NCBI GenBank assembly: GCA_012295275.1
Contig: CM022668.1
Coordinates: 14,818,001-14,882,000, forward strand
Length of the DNA: 64,000 bases
Reading direction: 5' to 3'
From: Chrysomallon squamiferum
Taxonomy: Eukaryota; Animalia; Mollusca
Both the position numbers and the translations under genes were made by a program. The notes under the pieces were generated by a model. It had not been told where the DNA came from and did no database searches. It was given only the letters and a program-made list of their open reading frames with translations. Shown here piece by piece: positions 28,971-43,834 of this stretch (positions are counted from its first letter, which is position 1; every line of letters starts with the position of its first letter).

Positions 28971-29041
<71 letters not shown>

Positions 29042-29112
29042 ATAGCAAAATATGTGATACATACAATTCACCATAAAGATAAAAATTAGTGTCTACATAG
29101 TAGGTGATCGTG

Positions 29113-29173
<61 letters not shown>

Positions 29174-30914
29174 TATACACGAAGGAGTTAAAATGAATGA
29201 AAAAGCATTATAATCAAATGTATTTCAATCTTACATATGTATATAAAAGTAGGTCTAGCATCTTTATCTTGTTCATCGGAGCCTGGGGCAAAGTTTTAAC
29301 GTGACCTTTAAGCCGTAGGTTTGGGCTTATATTTATTTATTTTATCTATATTTTATCTATTTTATTTACCTCTCTCGTTTTTCTCTCTCGGTTGCGGAGA
29401 CACTGCAATAAGAACATTTATTTCAGAAGGCGACTGACTTCACGTGAAAATGAAAGCAGACGAGAGAAAAAGTGACTGACTGACAGATCAATTCGATTCA
29501 GGCGTGTATCGCATTTCGTGACGTCATAGTCAGGTTTGTTTGTAATCATCCGGTTTTTTTTTTTTTCTTTTCTTTAACCCCTCAGACAAAATGGTTTCAC
29601 GACAGTTGAACGATACGGTAGCTGTCGGGTAGACACACCCACTTCCGACAGAAATTCAGCTGTAAAAAATTATTGGGTGAATCGTTTCAAAGAGAAGGCG
29701 AAATGAGGTAATCGGCGTGTGAAAGGGAAACGAAAGAAATGACACACAGCTTTGACAGAAAAGAGTAAATTTTTAAATTTTAATTTTCTAATTTTTTTTT
29801 TAAATTTTGTTTATTTTAATTTTTTTTTTTTTTTTTTAATCTGAAGCGTGGGATTTTTTTTTTTAATTTTTTTAATTTTTTTTTAGCTACTGTTGTTATT
29901 TTATTTTAATTTTTTCGAAACTTTTATTTATTATACTCAGTTGAGAAACAGATAACAAAAAAAACACAAAAAAAAAAAAAAAATAGAGAGGAAATATATT
30001 ACAACATAAAATAAAAGAAGAAAAAAAAACTGAAAAAAAAATATTAAAAAAGAAAAAGAAAAATTAAAAAAAAAAGAAAAAAGAAAAACAAGAAGAAGAA
30101 AATTAAAAAAAAAAAAAAAAAAAAAGAAGAAGAAGAAGAGACAGAGTTAAAAAGACTGGTGGTTTTAAATGATAATACAATACCCTAGGGAAAATACTGC
30201 GACTATGTGATTCACTTTAAAAAAAAGGATATATATATATAAAAGAGACGACGCGAAGCCAGTGGATTAAAGGGAATATATAAACTGAGAGACTGAACAC
30301 CTCTTGACACCGAATTAAAGGTAACAATACACGCAGCGTAGCGCGTGAGACCCGGGAACCAGTCGGTTACACCTTCCCGTGTAACTCAGTGCGGATATAA
30401 AAGAAGTTATCTAATTTTTTCCTGAAATTGATTTCATAGCGTCGTGTTCGTTTCGCGTGCATTTAGCGACGACTGGGAAAAGACATTCGACACAAAACGT
30501 AGTAACACGTACGTTCTAGAATCGTAAATTTAAAAAAAAAAAAAAGTATCTAAAAGAGATAGAGAAAGAAAAAAAGAAAAGAAACACAAGAAATCTTTCC
30601 TCTGTTGCTTAATTGAAACTGGGTTGTATACCTTAAGCCCCTCCCCCTTCATTACCCCCCACGTGATGTCAATTGCGGTTGTTTTCTCACACTAAAGAAG
30701 AAGAAGAAGAAAAAGGAGAGAGAAAAAAAAAAAAAAAAAAAAAAGGAAAAAGAAAAGAAAAGAAAAATCTTCTGCGCCCACTCAATAATCAAAAGTCAAA
30801 CGTGTCGACGTTAAACGATTAGTTCCGATTTGAACCGACTTAGCACCGTGCGGTATTCTTAATCAACGGAAAAAGCCGAAGATGACTTTATGTACATAAA
30901 CAAACAAGGCTCAA

Positions 30915-31075
30915 TGCTACGGGGCGGAGGCTGGCGATTTTAAGCAAGGAGCACAGTTGACTATTAAATACGATACAGTTTGCTTTTTTTCGCCGACAAT
31001 CGGACCAATAAAAATAACAAAAAAAACAGCGTAATACTCAGTACCGCTGTCTCAGTCGATTTCGATTACGCTGGG
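30915..31075 (+). promoter_or_regulatory. Putative Wnt1 promoter
   Basis: GC box GGGGCGGAGG (30921-30930), TATA-like TATTAAATA (30962-30970), CCAAT (31005-31009) and Inr-like TCAGT (31038, 31052), about 750-870 bp upstream of the ATG. The TSS is inferred. Confidence 0.5.
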
Positions 31076-31791
31076 AAAATAATTACCGTGTGTCGTCGAA
31101 TTTCGTTTTAATATTTTTTGGACTTCGATAACCGGGAAAAATATTTTTCCGAATTAAAAAAAAAAAAAAAAAAATTAGAAAGAAAGACAGAGAAAGAAGA
31201 AAAGAGAAAAGGATAGAGAAATCTGGAGAAAGTTTGAAATTGAATTTTTGGAAGAAGAAGAAAGTGAGATATAGAAAAAAAAGAAAAGACTGAATTTTTT
31301 TTTGGAAGAAAAAGGATTTTGAAAAAAAAGAAGAAACAAAAAACAACAACAAAACAACAGCAACAAAAAGAGATAGAGAGAAGAAAAGAGAAATACGAAC
31401 AAGAAAACACGAAAAGAAAGAAACAGAAAAAACAACAAACAAAACTTACAACGAGAGAAAAGAACAACACGAGAAAAATAATCAACAAACTTTTGTGGTG
31501 ATTTTGTTTTTTTTATATCATTTTTTTTTTTTTTTACGACCTTTCTTTTTCTTTTGAAGTGAAGTGATTTCCAGACTTATGAGATCCAATCTAAGCGTGG
31601 ACTGAAATCAATTTATTTGTGAAATCGCTTCGACTTTCTTTCTCTTCGTTGGTGAAATGAAAAAGACGAGTGTTTTCTCTTGACAGAAAGATTTTATTTT
31701 TTATTTTTTTATTTTTTTTTTTTTTTTTTTTTTGTTGTTGTTGTCCTCGCTGCTTTGTCTCAACAACAAAGATTTCACGCATGATAAGAAA

Positions 31792-31898
31792 ATGCGTGTT
31801 TTTTGGTTTCTTCTCATCCTCGTGACCAGTTGCTACGTTACGGAGTGTAAGAAAGGAAGAATGAGACACAAGGGACGAGTGAAAGGAGTAAAGTGGTG
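31792..31898 (+). CDS. Wnt1: Wnt1 (wingless) exon 1, signal peptide
   Basis: ATG 31792: MRVFWFLLILVTSCYVTECKKGRMRHKGRVKGVKW-tg|gtacgt. Hydrophobic signal peptide followed by the Wnt1 'WW' motif, which is split by a phase-2 intron. Confidence 0.93.
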
Positions 31899-32876
31899 GT
31901 ACGTAGTCATTTTTTGTTTTAATTCTTTGATTTTCATTTATTTACGTATTTTTGGTTTCTTTGTTCTTGTTGTTGTGTGTTCTGTTGTTGTTGTTTTACG
32001 TTCTTCGATGTCTGTTTTCGTACCTCTGATTATTCTGCGCGTTCATTTCTTTTCTTTATTGTTTCGTTCTTTCTTTCATTCTTTTTCCTTTATTTCATTT
32101 CGTTCGTTCCCTTCTGCATGTTCATTTTCCATCCTCGTTATTTCTGTTTTCGTTTTTACTTTCTTTCTGTCTTTGCTTTGTTTCTGTTTATAATTATATC
32201 TTTTTTTTTCTTTAATTTTAATTTCTTTTGTACTTTCTTGCAGTTCCTCTTTATGTCTTTTTATTTGTGTTTCATTCTTTCTGTCTTTTAAAATTTCGTT
32301 TTAGTTACTTTCTTCATTATTTCGTTCTCACATTTTACCTTCTTCTTTCTTTATTTCTCTTTTTCTTTCTTTTTCTTTTCTTCTTTACTATATTTCTTAA
32401 AATTAATTCACTATTAATTATTCTATTTATCTGTTCTCATCAATTTTTGTTTTTATTTATAATATTATCTTATTATTATTTAAAACTATTTATGATTATA
32501 TACTACTGTCATATGAGCCAGTAATTGTATTATCTTTTTATCTCTAAACCTATATTTATTTATAGAGGAAGTTAAATTTAAGGTTTATTAATTTTTATTG
32601 AAACTTATACAACAAACTGGTAGTAGTAGTATTAATAGTAGTGTTAGTATTAGTTTAATATAAGTATTACTATTAGTGTTATTATTAGTATTAGTATTAG
32701 TAGTGGGAACAGTAATGGTATGTATAGTTGTAGTAGTAGTAGTAACAACAACAACAACACCAAAAACGACAATAATATTAATAATAATAGTATATTAGTA
32801 TATATTAACACTGAAATTAACATATAATTATAAACAAAAAATCTCCCACTCTTTTTCTTATGTGTGTGTATGTATG

Positions 32877-32922
<46 letters not shown>

Positions 32923-33087
32923 ATAAAATATATATCTGCTTAGCTAGTTATTATAATTATGATAATTAAAGAAAGAAGATATTTATATTTAGCTGTTCTT
33001 TTTATTATTTTGAAAATAAATATTATTTTTTATTCTTTATTATTTTATTATTATTAATATTGTTGTTGTTATTATTATTATTATTAT

Positions 33088-33121
<34 letters not shown>

Positions 33122-33885
33122 TGTTGTTGTTGTTGTAGTAGTAGTAGTAGTGGTAGTATCACTGTCTGTCAGCTATACAGCTGTAAAAGAAAAGAAAACA
33201 AAACAAAATTATAATAATAATAATGAAAATGAAAATACTACTAGTAGTATAAGATGTTAATAAAACTAACAACATAAATAAATAAATAAATACATAAATA
33301 AATAATCAAATAAATAAATAAATAACTTCAGAATCTTAAAGTAAAGGTAAGCTGAATGAGTATATGATTATAAAAGATTAAATTAATTATAAAATAACAT
33401 AAAATCACAATAATAATTATATTATGTGTTTTAATTATCATGTGGAAATGTAGTTATTAGTAGCCTATTTTACAAGCTCTGTATTACTAATACTTTACTA
33501 CTACTTCTACAACAACTACTACTACAACTACTACTAATAATGAATATTTGTTTATGATTATAATAATGATAATGATACTACTACTACTACTACTACTAAT
33601 ATATAATATTAAATTTTCAGTTTATAATGGAATATTAAAATAATGTAATATATATATATATATCTGATATCTCACTATATAATATAACTTTAAGTAACAA
33701 AAACTTAAGTAACTAACTATTTATATATTAAGAATATTTTCACACTATCTTTGAAATCTAGATGCTAACTTAAAAAGTTTCATAACAATATTAAGATAGT
33801 TGCAAGAAAAATAATAAAATGCATAAACCCATTTTAAAAATAATGTGAAATTAGATATAGAGAGAGGCAGAGAAGAAATGAATTC

Positions 33886-33967
<82 letters not shown>

Positions 33968-34194
33968 AATGTTTCTTCGCTTAGAAATTAAAGTAAATTT
34001 AAATATAAAAATATTTAAGTGTTTGGAAAACTATATTTTCCTGGTCATTATTCACTGCGTTGACACGAAGTAAACGTAATTATGTCTATTTAAAACATTC
34101 AGTCTTCTCGTGAAGGATATAAAATTATTTTAAATATTCAATGGCGGATTCAGAATTTAAAAAAATAGGGCTATCATTACTATGTGATAAAAAT

Positions 34195-34290
<96 letters not shown>

Positions 34291-35256
34291 TATTCTTATA
34301 AATATAAATGTAATGTATAATCAGATATTTGCATATAGAAAACATCAGTCGTCAAATTATGAAATCATTGAGAGTCACATATGATTGATTACAAAACTTT
34401 TTTGATATATACTTTTATATCTATAGCAGTATATTACGATGCGAACATTTTTAAAATAATTATTTTTAACCAACGATGTACGTGCTTCGTTTTATATATC
34501 TATTTGAAATTTTGTTTATTTATTTTAACCACGATTTTGAATTTAAATAAACTATTTCATTGTCGGTCTGTCTGTCTGTCTGTCTGTAGGTCTACCACCA
34601 ATTTAATTTTCAACACACACATACGGAACCTATATTATTATTAAACCTAAATTTAGTAGTTTATTTCATTCTGATTCCGAATTAATTATTTAAGATCTTT
34701 TTTGAATAAAATGACATTGCTACGAGGTAAAAAGAGTGACAAAAACGTTTAAATGAGACAGTGTGTTTGATAAACCCTAATAATTTTATAATCTAAACTT
34801 CTACCATGCCCTAGAGGGGGTTAAAGAAATCTTTCTAAAAATACACTTACTTGCTTTATGAATAAAATTCTGCTGTCAGGTTTATTGATACGTTTTAAAA
34901 ACAGACTGCAAAGGATCTGCGCACTTAGATCATTCGCCATTTTGTCATGTTTATTTCCTTTTATGTCAGTTTCATAACACGTAATTTTAAAATATAAATA
35001 ATTTATATAGTAGTACTGTACTTAAGTTAATCGGAGAATTATGATAAATAATGAATGAATGAATAAAAAAATTAAAATTAATGCTAATACAAATTGAAAT
35101 TAAATTTTAAAATGATATAAAATCTCAAAGAAGATTGAGAGAAACTATTTTAAACTTATATATTTGAAATTTTATTTTGTTATGTTGAAAATTTCATGAA
35201 ATAAGTAAATATGTTTAATAAAGAAAGAAAAAACAAAAAAGAAAGTAATAATGAGA

Positions 35257-35295
<39 letters not shown>

Positions 35296-35577
35296 AAAAT
35301 AAAATAAAATGAAAAACAAAATAAAATAAAATAAAACAAAATAAAATAAAATAAAACAAAATAAAACAAAATAAGATAAATAAAATAAAATAAAACAAAA
35401 TTAAGAAAAAGTAAAACAAAATAAAATCAATATTCAGTTAAAAAGTATGATAAGTTAAATGAAAAAAAAATCCTGCCCCATATTAGACCAGAACATACAT
35501 ATGACGATAACCGTTGTTAAAATAATTATATAAATAATGACAACAATAACAACAGCAAGAGTAATAATAATAATAAT

Positions 35578-35632
<55 letters not shown>

Positions 35633-36542
35633 CAGCCATAACAACAACAATAACAAAATATTGCAATACTAATGTTGATTTCATGCAGTGAAATAAGTAA
35701 GTAATTAATTATATAAATAAGTAATCAACTAAATATAAAATAAAGAAACATCTATTATTCACTACACTTTCAAAAGTTATGTTTGTTAAAAGTCATGTGT
35801 ATATGAATATATGACTGTGTTGCAACAAAATCAGCAGCAGCAGCAGCAACAACAACAACAACAACATAGGACCATAACACATTTGTTTTTATGTGCAAGA
35901 TGTAAGTTATTACATCAAAACGTGATTAACAATATCTATTAAAAATTTAAATTAGAAAATAATATATATAGATGTACAACAAAATGATGATGATGACAAT
36001 GATAATAACAATAATAATAATAATGATGATGATGATGATTATGATGAGAATGACAAAAATACTGATGATGATTCTAACAATAATAAGTAAGTTTGTAAGT
36101 AAGTAAGTATGTACGTAAATAAGTAAATAAATAAATAAATACAAATATTATCACCGTTACGTTTAACAAAATGTTACAAAAGAGGTTTTTTTTTTTTTTT
36201 TTTTTTTCAAATAATAATTAAATGCGGTATATAAAGATGATTAAAAACAATAAAGGAAAAATAGTTAAACGATAACATTGCACTTTATTTTATCAGAATT
36301 GTTCTTTCTTTTCTTTCTTTTTCGTTCTACTGATTTAACTGGTCATATCTTTTACTCATACATCTATTCATAAAAACTAATACATATATATATATATATA
36401 TATATAACATTATAAATATTATTAGTGCTATCTATAATATTCTTCTTATTATTATTATCATTATCATTACATTACTACTACTTGAACAATAACAACAACA
36501 ACTACCACTACTACAGCTATCAGTACATTATTGTTATCATCA

Positions 36543-36576
<34 letters not shown>

Positions 36577-36921
36577 GCTTATCATCATTATTATTATCCT
36601 TTTTCATCACTTTCATCATCATCTTCGTCATTATTATTCATTATTATCATTATAATCATCATCATCATATTAAACATCGTCGTCATAATTTTATCAATTT
36701 CAACATCGTTATCGTCATCATCATCATTAACATTATTATTATTATTATTATTATTATTAGTAGTAGTAATAGTAGTAGTAGTAGTAGTAGTAGTATCATT
36801 GTTGTTGTTGATATTACTATTATTATTACTACCATCATCATCATCATCATCATCATTAATATTATTATTATAAGAAGTAGTAGCATTAGTATGATTTTTG
36901 CTGTTGTTGTTGTTGTTATTA

Positions 36922-36952
<31 letters not shown>

Positions 36953-37016
36953 AGTAGTAGTAGTAGTAGTAGTAGTAGTACAGTTGTTGTTGTTGTTGTT
37001 ATTATTGTTATTATTA

Positions 37017-37052
<36 letters not shown>

Positions 37053-37120
37053 GTAGTAGTACAATTGTTGTTGTTGTTGTTGTTGTTGTATTATTGTTGT
37101 TGTTTTTGTTGTTACTGTAG

Positions 37121-37380
37121 GACTCTAGCTAATTTCGGAGCGAGGTCTAACTCGTTACGTTCCTCTGTCACCAAGCTGTACGAGAACCCGAGTTTGCTGC
37201 CTCTCACCAAACGTCAGCGGAAGCTGGTCACGAGGAATCCTGGGACGATTATGGCGGTTGCCAAGGGAGCCAAAACGGCCATGGATGAGTGCAAATACCA
37301 GTTCCGGAACCGACGATGGAACTGTCCCACTTACCCGGACAGACACGGTGGGTCCGTCTTCGGAAAAATATTGCAGAAAG
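37121..37380 (+). CDS. Wnt1: Wnt1 exon 2
   Basis: Acceptor ctgtag|, donor |gtaagt. Encodes TLANFG...LTKRQRKLVTRNPGTIMAVAKGAKTAMDECKYQFRNRRWNCPT...SVFGKILQK. 'QRKL-RNPG', 'QFRNRRWNCPT' and 'FGKI' are Wnt1-typical. Confidence 0.97.
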
Positions 37381-37461
37381 GTAAGTTTGAAAATTATATA
37401 TTTATTTGTTACTAAGCAACAGTAAGTTTAAAAATTATATATTTATTTGTTACTAAGCAAC
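37381..37461 (+). repeat. 41-bp tandem duplication containing the intron 2 donor
   Basis: GTAAGTTTGAAAATTATATATTTATTTGTTACTAAGCAAC at 37381 and GTAAGTTTAAAAATTATATATTTATTTGTTACTAAGCAAC at 37422. Confidence 0.95.
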
Positions 37462-37593
37462 GGATACTTCTGGTGTTGTCATTATTATTATTATTTTTTA
37501 AACTTTTTATTTAAAATTAGCGGGGTTAATATTTTGAAAAAAGGATTTTGCTAAAGACACTGGGAAGAAGAGGAACCGTATATATTCGGATAA

Positions 37594-37671
<78 letters not shown>

Positions 37672-37689
37672 GGGAAAAGATATACAGAG

Positions 37690-37738
<49 letters not shown>

Positions 37739-38902
37739 TAACAAAAAAGAGAGCGATATAGATCTCTGATTTTCCTCACTCATTATCCTATTATTGCTGT
37801 ACACAATTACTTTCATAAAAGAAAACTTTATTATATATACTTTAACGACACAATACGTTGTACGATCAAATTTAACAACTGAAGACATCTAAAAAGTATT
37901 TGAGAAACGCTGTGTTGGGGTTACACCGAACTCACTCCAGTGAATCAGTTTCCTATTTTTTTTTTTTTAATTTTCTAAACATTCCAGTCATTGAGCTTGT
38001 ATCATTCAGACAAGCAAGACGAACGCCCGTCTCGTTTGTTTTTAAAAAGGTATTTTGCGTGTTGAGTAGCGAAAAGCCCCAAGTCGCCGGAGAAATCCGC
38101 AAACTGCAAACGAAAGACCGTCTCGGCAAACAGAAGGGTCAGAAAGGCTCGTTTAAAAACACTTTCACGTTTTTCACCCACAATTCCACGCAGGCACCGA
38201 GAGACCCGCGTGCGATGTCGTGTACAACACGCGCGTGCTATTTCGCGCCAAAACGGATTGAGCGAGCCCGCCTTCGGTTCCGTTGTTAATGCAGTTTGTT
38301 TTTGTCCGACGTATTTTTTTGTGTTTTTTTGTTTTTGTTTGACTTAACTAAGTAAGAAAAAGGACGGCACAATCTGTGCAAACAAGTGTTTGTGTTTCTT
38401 ATTTCCACTGTTTGTAGAAAGAAGATGTTTCTTTTTGTTTTCGTTCCGAGTTCGTTTTGGTGCGGCGATAAAACAAAAAAAACAAAAAAGACGAATTAAT
38501 AGAAAATTCTCGAACGTTTTCTAAGCCCACGTGCCCGGAAATTAGCGCGAAATCACGATCTTCAGTTCATTTCGTCACAATGACGTAGCACTCGGGAATA
38601 AGCTTTTGTTTAATTATCATGACTATTTTTATCATGACTATATATATTTTTTTTTAATAGATGAAATAGGATTGGTGTGATGAAGTTATAAATTTTGTAA
38701 GCGAAATATTTGTAAAGATTAAAATAACGAAGCTGCTTAATGTTATAGCATTTAGTTAAAGTCAGCCATTCTATCACGTTTTTTTTAAAATTATTATTTG
38801 GTTCTTCAAATCTTTCTTAATCTCTTCTTCTTCTTCTTCTAAAAATATGGCTCACGGTTGCATTTACTACTTCCTAGCTGTGTCCTAAAATAAAATTGTA
38901 AT

Positions 38903-38937
<35 letters not shown>

Positions 38938-40812
38938 GGTCTATTTTCTCAACTCTTAATAGCCTAACGATATAATTAATAAATTATATAGTAGTAATGG
39001 TTGTTGTAGTAATAATGATGATGATGATGATATGATAATAAAGATTAAATGAAATAGAAAAGAAACCTACACGATATTATCATAAAAAATGTTTTTGTTT
39101 AATTATTATTGTTGTTGTTGTTGTTGTTGTTACTATTATTATTATTATTTATGTAAAAAGAACTTTCTAGAAAGAACATTCGTCTGTAAACGTGTCAACT
39201 CGGCAATTCTCGGCCAAGATCGCTGTTTTATTATCCCTCCATTTGTATTTGTGCTTTATATGTTTAAACGATCTACTAGGGAGTTTTATTGGTTGCGAAT
39301 GGTTTTGATATTACCGTCATCAGCCACATGGTTTACGACGTACCACATACGCAGAAATAACACGCCTACGATGCTGATGAAACTACATCGGTGGGGACTA
39401 GGATGTACGAAAACCGTGTCATTGAGTTCATTCGCTCTTTTAGCGCGGTTTTACGACTTCGATATTGGAATGTCTGAATTCGTTTAAAATGCGAAGACGT
39501 TGTCGATTTTTCTAACGTCGTCATTGTAGTAGTCGGTTTTTTTTTGGTTTTTTTTGTATCATTTATTTGACAACTTAAAATAGTTAGTTATAAATATAGT
39601 CACAGTTTCTAAAAAAAAAAAAAAAAAAATAAGAAAAACGAAAATCATGATTATTCACATAAATATATATTGATTGTCGTAAACAGCTTTCGCAATTTTA
39701 CGAAGATTACCGATCGTGGTTACGGAAGTATCCGAAAATAGCTTTACGTTAGTAACGCCATAAGTATCCTTTATCACACTCAGGAAGTGATTTTTTAGTT
39801 TTCATTTTTTTTTTTTTTTTTTTTGACACATTTATTAAAAAATGCTTTTATTAGGCTTCTAGAATTAATACATTATTTGAAAGAAAAAAAAAAGGTGTGT
39901 TCAAGGGTGCGAATGTTCTAGAAAGGTAGCGATAAACTTAATAACTGCTTGGGGCATTTTTTTATTTTTATGTTTAAAAATGATTAAGCTGTTTCATCAG
40001 TATTTAGCGTAGAAACTGCACCTTGTTATGTTAATGGTTTATGCATTTTGATATTATTAAAATGATACTAAGGCCAGAAATATATATATATATATATTAC
40101 GGGGTCTGTGAAAACAGTAGATGGGATTTAAAAAAAAAAAATTAAAATATTTTTTTTTATCAGATGTCATCAAGTACAAGCGAAATATTTTAATAATTAA
40201 TAAAATGTAGGAAAAAAATGGGTGTATGATTATGTATATGATAAGCACATTATTTATTTATTTATTTATTTTGTTTAGCTTTTTGTTTTTATTAATTATT
40301 GTTAGTTTAAAACTGAATTATTTGCTTATTACCAAGTCAAATATGATGAACTTTTCTGAGTGTGAAATATATCAATGTGATTTTTCTATCTCTGTACCTG
40401 TATAGATAGGTAGACAGACAGACAAAAAATTATATATGTATGTATGTATGTATATACATATATACTAACACACACAAATATACACACAAACATATGCGCA
40501 CACAGACATACATAGGTACATACATACATACGTATATAATAGAGACATACAAATACACTATTAATTACAATTATAAACTTGAACAATGCAACACCTGCAC
40601 CATAATGAAAACCCCAATTTGTTAGTAATCAAGTTTGTTGAGTAGAAACTATCCGTCAACAACAACAACAACAAACAACACCGACAACAAACTAACAAGT
40701 TAACGAACAAAGACGACATCTTAATACAGTAATAACACGAAATTAGAGGAACATAAAAAAGGGTTATAAAAATTCTTCAAGCGCATCTGAAAAGATTCCG
40801 TCCATTGGGTTC

Positions 40813-40848
<36 letters not shown>

Positions 40849-41984
40849 GAAAGACAAACGACGATACCGATGTAATTTCGAATTTTTTTTTATTGCTAAT
40901 TCTTTTGAAACGACTGCCAAAACAATGTAGTGACCACCGTCCTTGATAACAATAGCAGAGCACTTGTTAGTTGCAATAAACCTCAAAATGTGGTTTTGTT
41001 GTGTGGGGGGGGCCAACACAACGAGACCGCACGTGAAGGATGCGCGCCCCCTGGTGGGCAAGAATTCTTATAGCCGCTGTTAATATAATCTTTTTACCTG
41101 TTTTCAAGTAGTCATCATCAATTTCAAGCGCCGCTGACTTTCAAATTATTTCGTCAGCTTGTTGGACTGCACAGAAAACCAGGTCGTAAAACTCTTTTCT
41201 TTATTGCCTGGCGTGTATACAGACTTATATACACACACTCACTCACACACAGACAAACACACAGACACAGACACAGGGAAAATAAAATACGGCTCGTTTC
41301 GCTTTTTCTCCCATAGAGGGCGTTCAGGTGCAAAGACTTATTCGTCGCGTTTGCGAGTGTTAGAGTTATCGTACCTGATGCCTTTATTTGGCTTCAAATG
41401 AATTTCGAAATGATAGGGTAATAAAGTAAAGTTCCTGCAATTTTAATTGTTAGTGTGTTAGGGATCGACCACCCACCCAGGGGAAAAAAAATTCAAAAAT
41501 AAAAAGAAAAAAAATAAAAAGAAATATAATAAAAATAGAAAAACTCCTACGTGTGTGTGCAGTTATTGCGCCCCCTGTGTAATAAAATATGATAATCCAT
41601 AAAGTAAAGATACCTGACGGCGTGTTAAAGTTGAAATTGTTTTAGAAATTCCTGAGTTAATAATAGTGGTTGTTTTATGACGTCGCCTGTTTATGACGTG
41701 GGCAGTGTCTTGGTGCGTGAGGTGGAGGTGCAGAATGCTGTGATTACCAGTTATTAAAATATTTCTATACGACAAAGCGTGGGTTGAAATGAGTAACAGA
41801 AAATAGACTGGAATTATGCGCAGTAAGAATTTGTGAAATGTTTTAAAGAACTAATGTACCATACTTGCATATTTACATACATACATACATACATGCATAC
41901 ACACATAGATATGCATATAATAATAATAATTATAAATAATATAAAGAAAAAAGACAAAATAGATGAAAACTATTTGAAGAAAAG

Positions 41985-42055
<71 letters not shown>

Positions 42056-43785
42056 AGAAGAAGAAAAAAGAACAGTGTAAAAAAAAAAATAAAGTAAACA
42101 ATAAAAGGAAATTAAAAAGAACAAGAGCAACAAGAAGAAAACAAGTCTTTAAAATTATAACCAGTTCCTCCTGTTGTATTTAATTATTTTCACAAACAAG
42201 GCTCATTAAATTAAGGATTATCTTCTAGAGCCACATAGACAGTCAACTGAAATTACGAGCAAGGCTCTTCAGATTAAGGACGTTCTTTTAGAACCTCATA
42301 TTCTTGTAAAATTATTATCACAAATACGGCAATTTCAATTGAGACCTAATAACGAATGTTGTAATTAGTATCATCGTCAGTTTTAGACCCTCCTTCAGGA
42401 ACCCCAAATCCACCATAATAATAATAATAATAATAATCAGAAGAAGAAGAAGAAGAAGAAGAAGAAGAGTAGTAATAACCAGCAAATATTTTAATTAAGG
42501 ACGTTCTTCTAGACCCTCCTTTTTCGGGGTAATTATTAAATGTGACGAAGTCCGTGCGCATTTTCCTAATGGAAATATCTTTCCTGCTACGACAAAATGG
42601 CGAGTACGCATAGTGCTTCGAAATACGATCATGTATTTATCTCGCGTTCCGTGAATTCTCCGTTTTATGTCGTACTCTTCTTGTAACGCACAACACGTAA
42701 TTTGCTTTAATTGAGCCAACTTAGTCAATGGTAACAAATGATTTAGTTTTTCTGACGGTACGAAACGTTAATAAGAGGTTTTGCGTTACGAACGTATTCC
42801 GTCAGAAATGCTTGAAATTCCTGCGGTAAAATTATACCCATCATCTTTATTTTTTTGATGTTTTTCCTCCGTTTTTTTTTTTTTTTTTTTTTTTCGTTTC
42901 CAAATGTTTAAATGATTGTTCATAGACATATTTTCGTGTGCTCAAAGATATTTTAATTTTCGTTCAAACACTTTAAGTAGTAATTAGGAAAAGTCGTCCC
43001 CTAAAATTCGTCCACTTTATTTTCGTCCATTATGAAATAGTTCAGGTTACGCAGTACAGATATTCACATTTCTAGACGCGAAAAAGGTTAAAGTTTAAAT
43101 TGGCGATAAAACTTATATTAACCTTGAATATAATCCTTAAATTATCCATAAATTCTAATCCTAATCCTACCCCGAAACAATTTATAAGGTAGACTGTTGG
43201 TTGCGAAAGATATTGTCTATAGATCAAACAACAGTTTCCGAATTTACAGTTTGTACTCATTAAGAAGTGTCAGCTTTAAATTATACACAAGATTTTTGCC
43301 TGAAACCCTTGACAGAGATGATTACAGTTACCCAGTTTTTATTTTTTGTTTTGATTAGTTAAACTTTATCATTTATAAATGTAGATAAAATAATCGATGT
43401 ACTGCTATGAAATCTTAGTTTTGTGTAACTGTTAGGTATCCAGTTTAAAACACGGTGTACGGGAATTTATGTTTTAAATTATTGTTTTATTAGTGTTCTT
43501 GTTGTTGTTGTTATTATTATTATTATTATCATCATTTATTACTACTACTACTGCTACTACTACTATTACTGATATTATTGCTTTTGTTGTTGTTATTATT
43601 ATTATTATTGCTATTATTATTACATACTTGGATATACATAAAAAAAAATAGTTTAAAAAATCCCAAAATGTTAAAAATTATAATAAACTATAATGATAAG
43701 CGATAAAAATATATCTTTTTAATTTTTTTTCTGATTTCTGTGACTCTCTCAAAATAAAACTGCAATTTGATAATAGTCGTGTGAA

Positions 43786-43834
<49 letters not shown>

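Noticed and set aside
37900-38289. 129-aa non-repetitive ORF in Wnt1 intron 2 (also 39089-39487, 5961-6218)
   Set aside because: No recognisable domain, several have non-ATG starts, and the lengths are compatible with chance in GC-richer regulatory islands.
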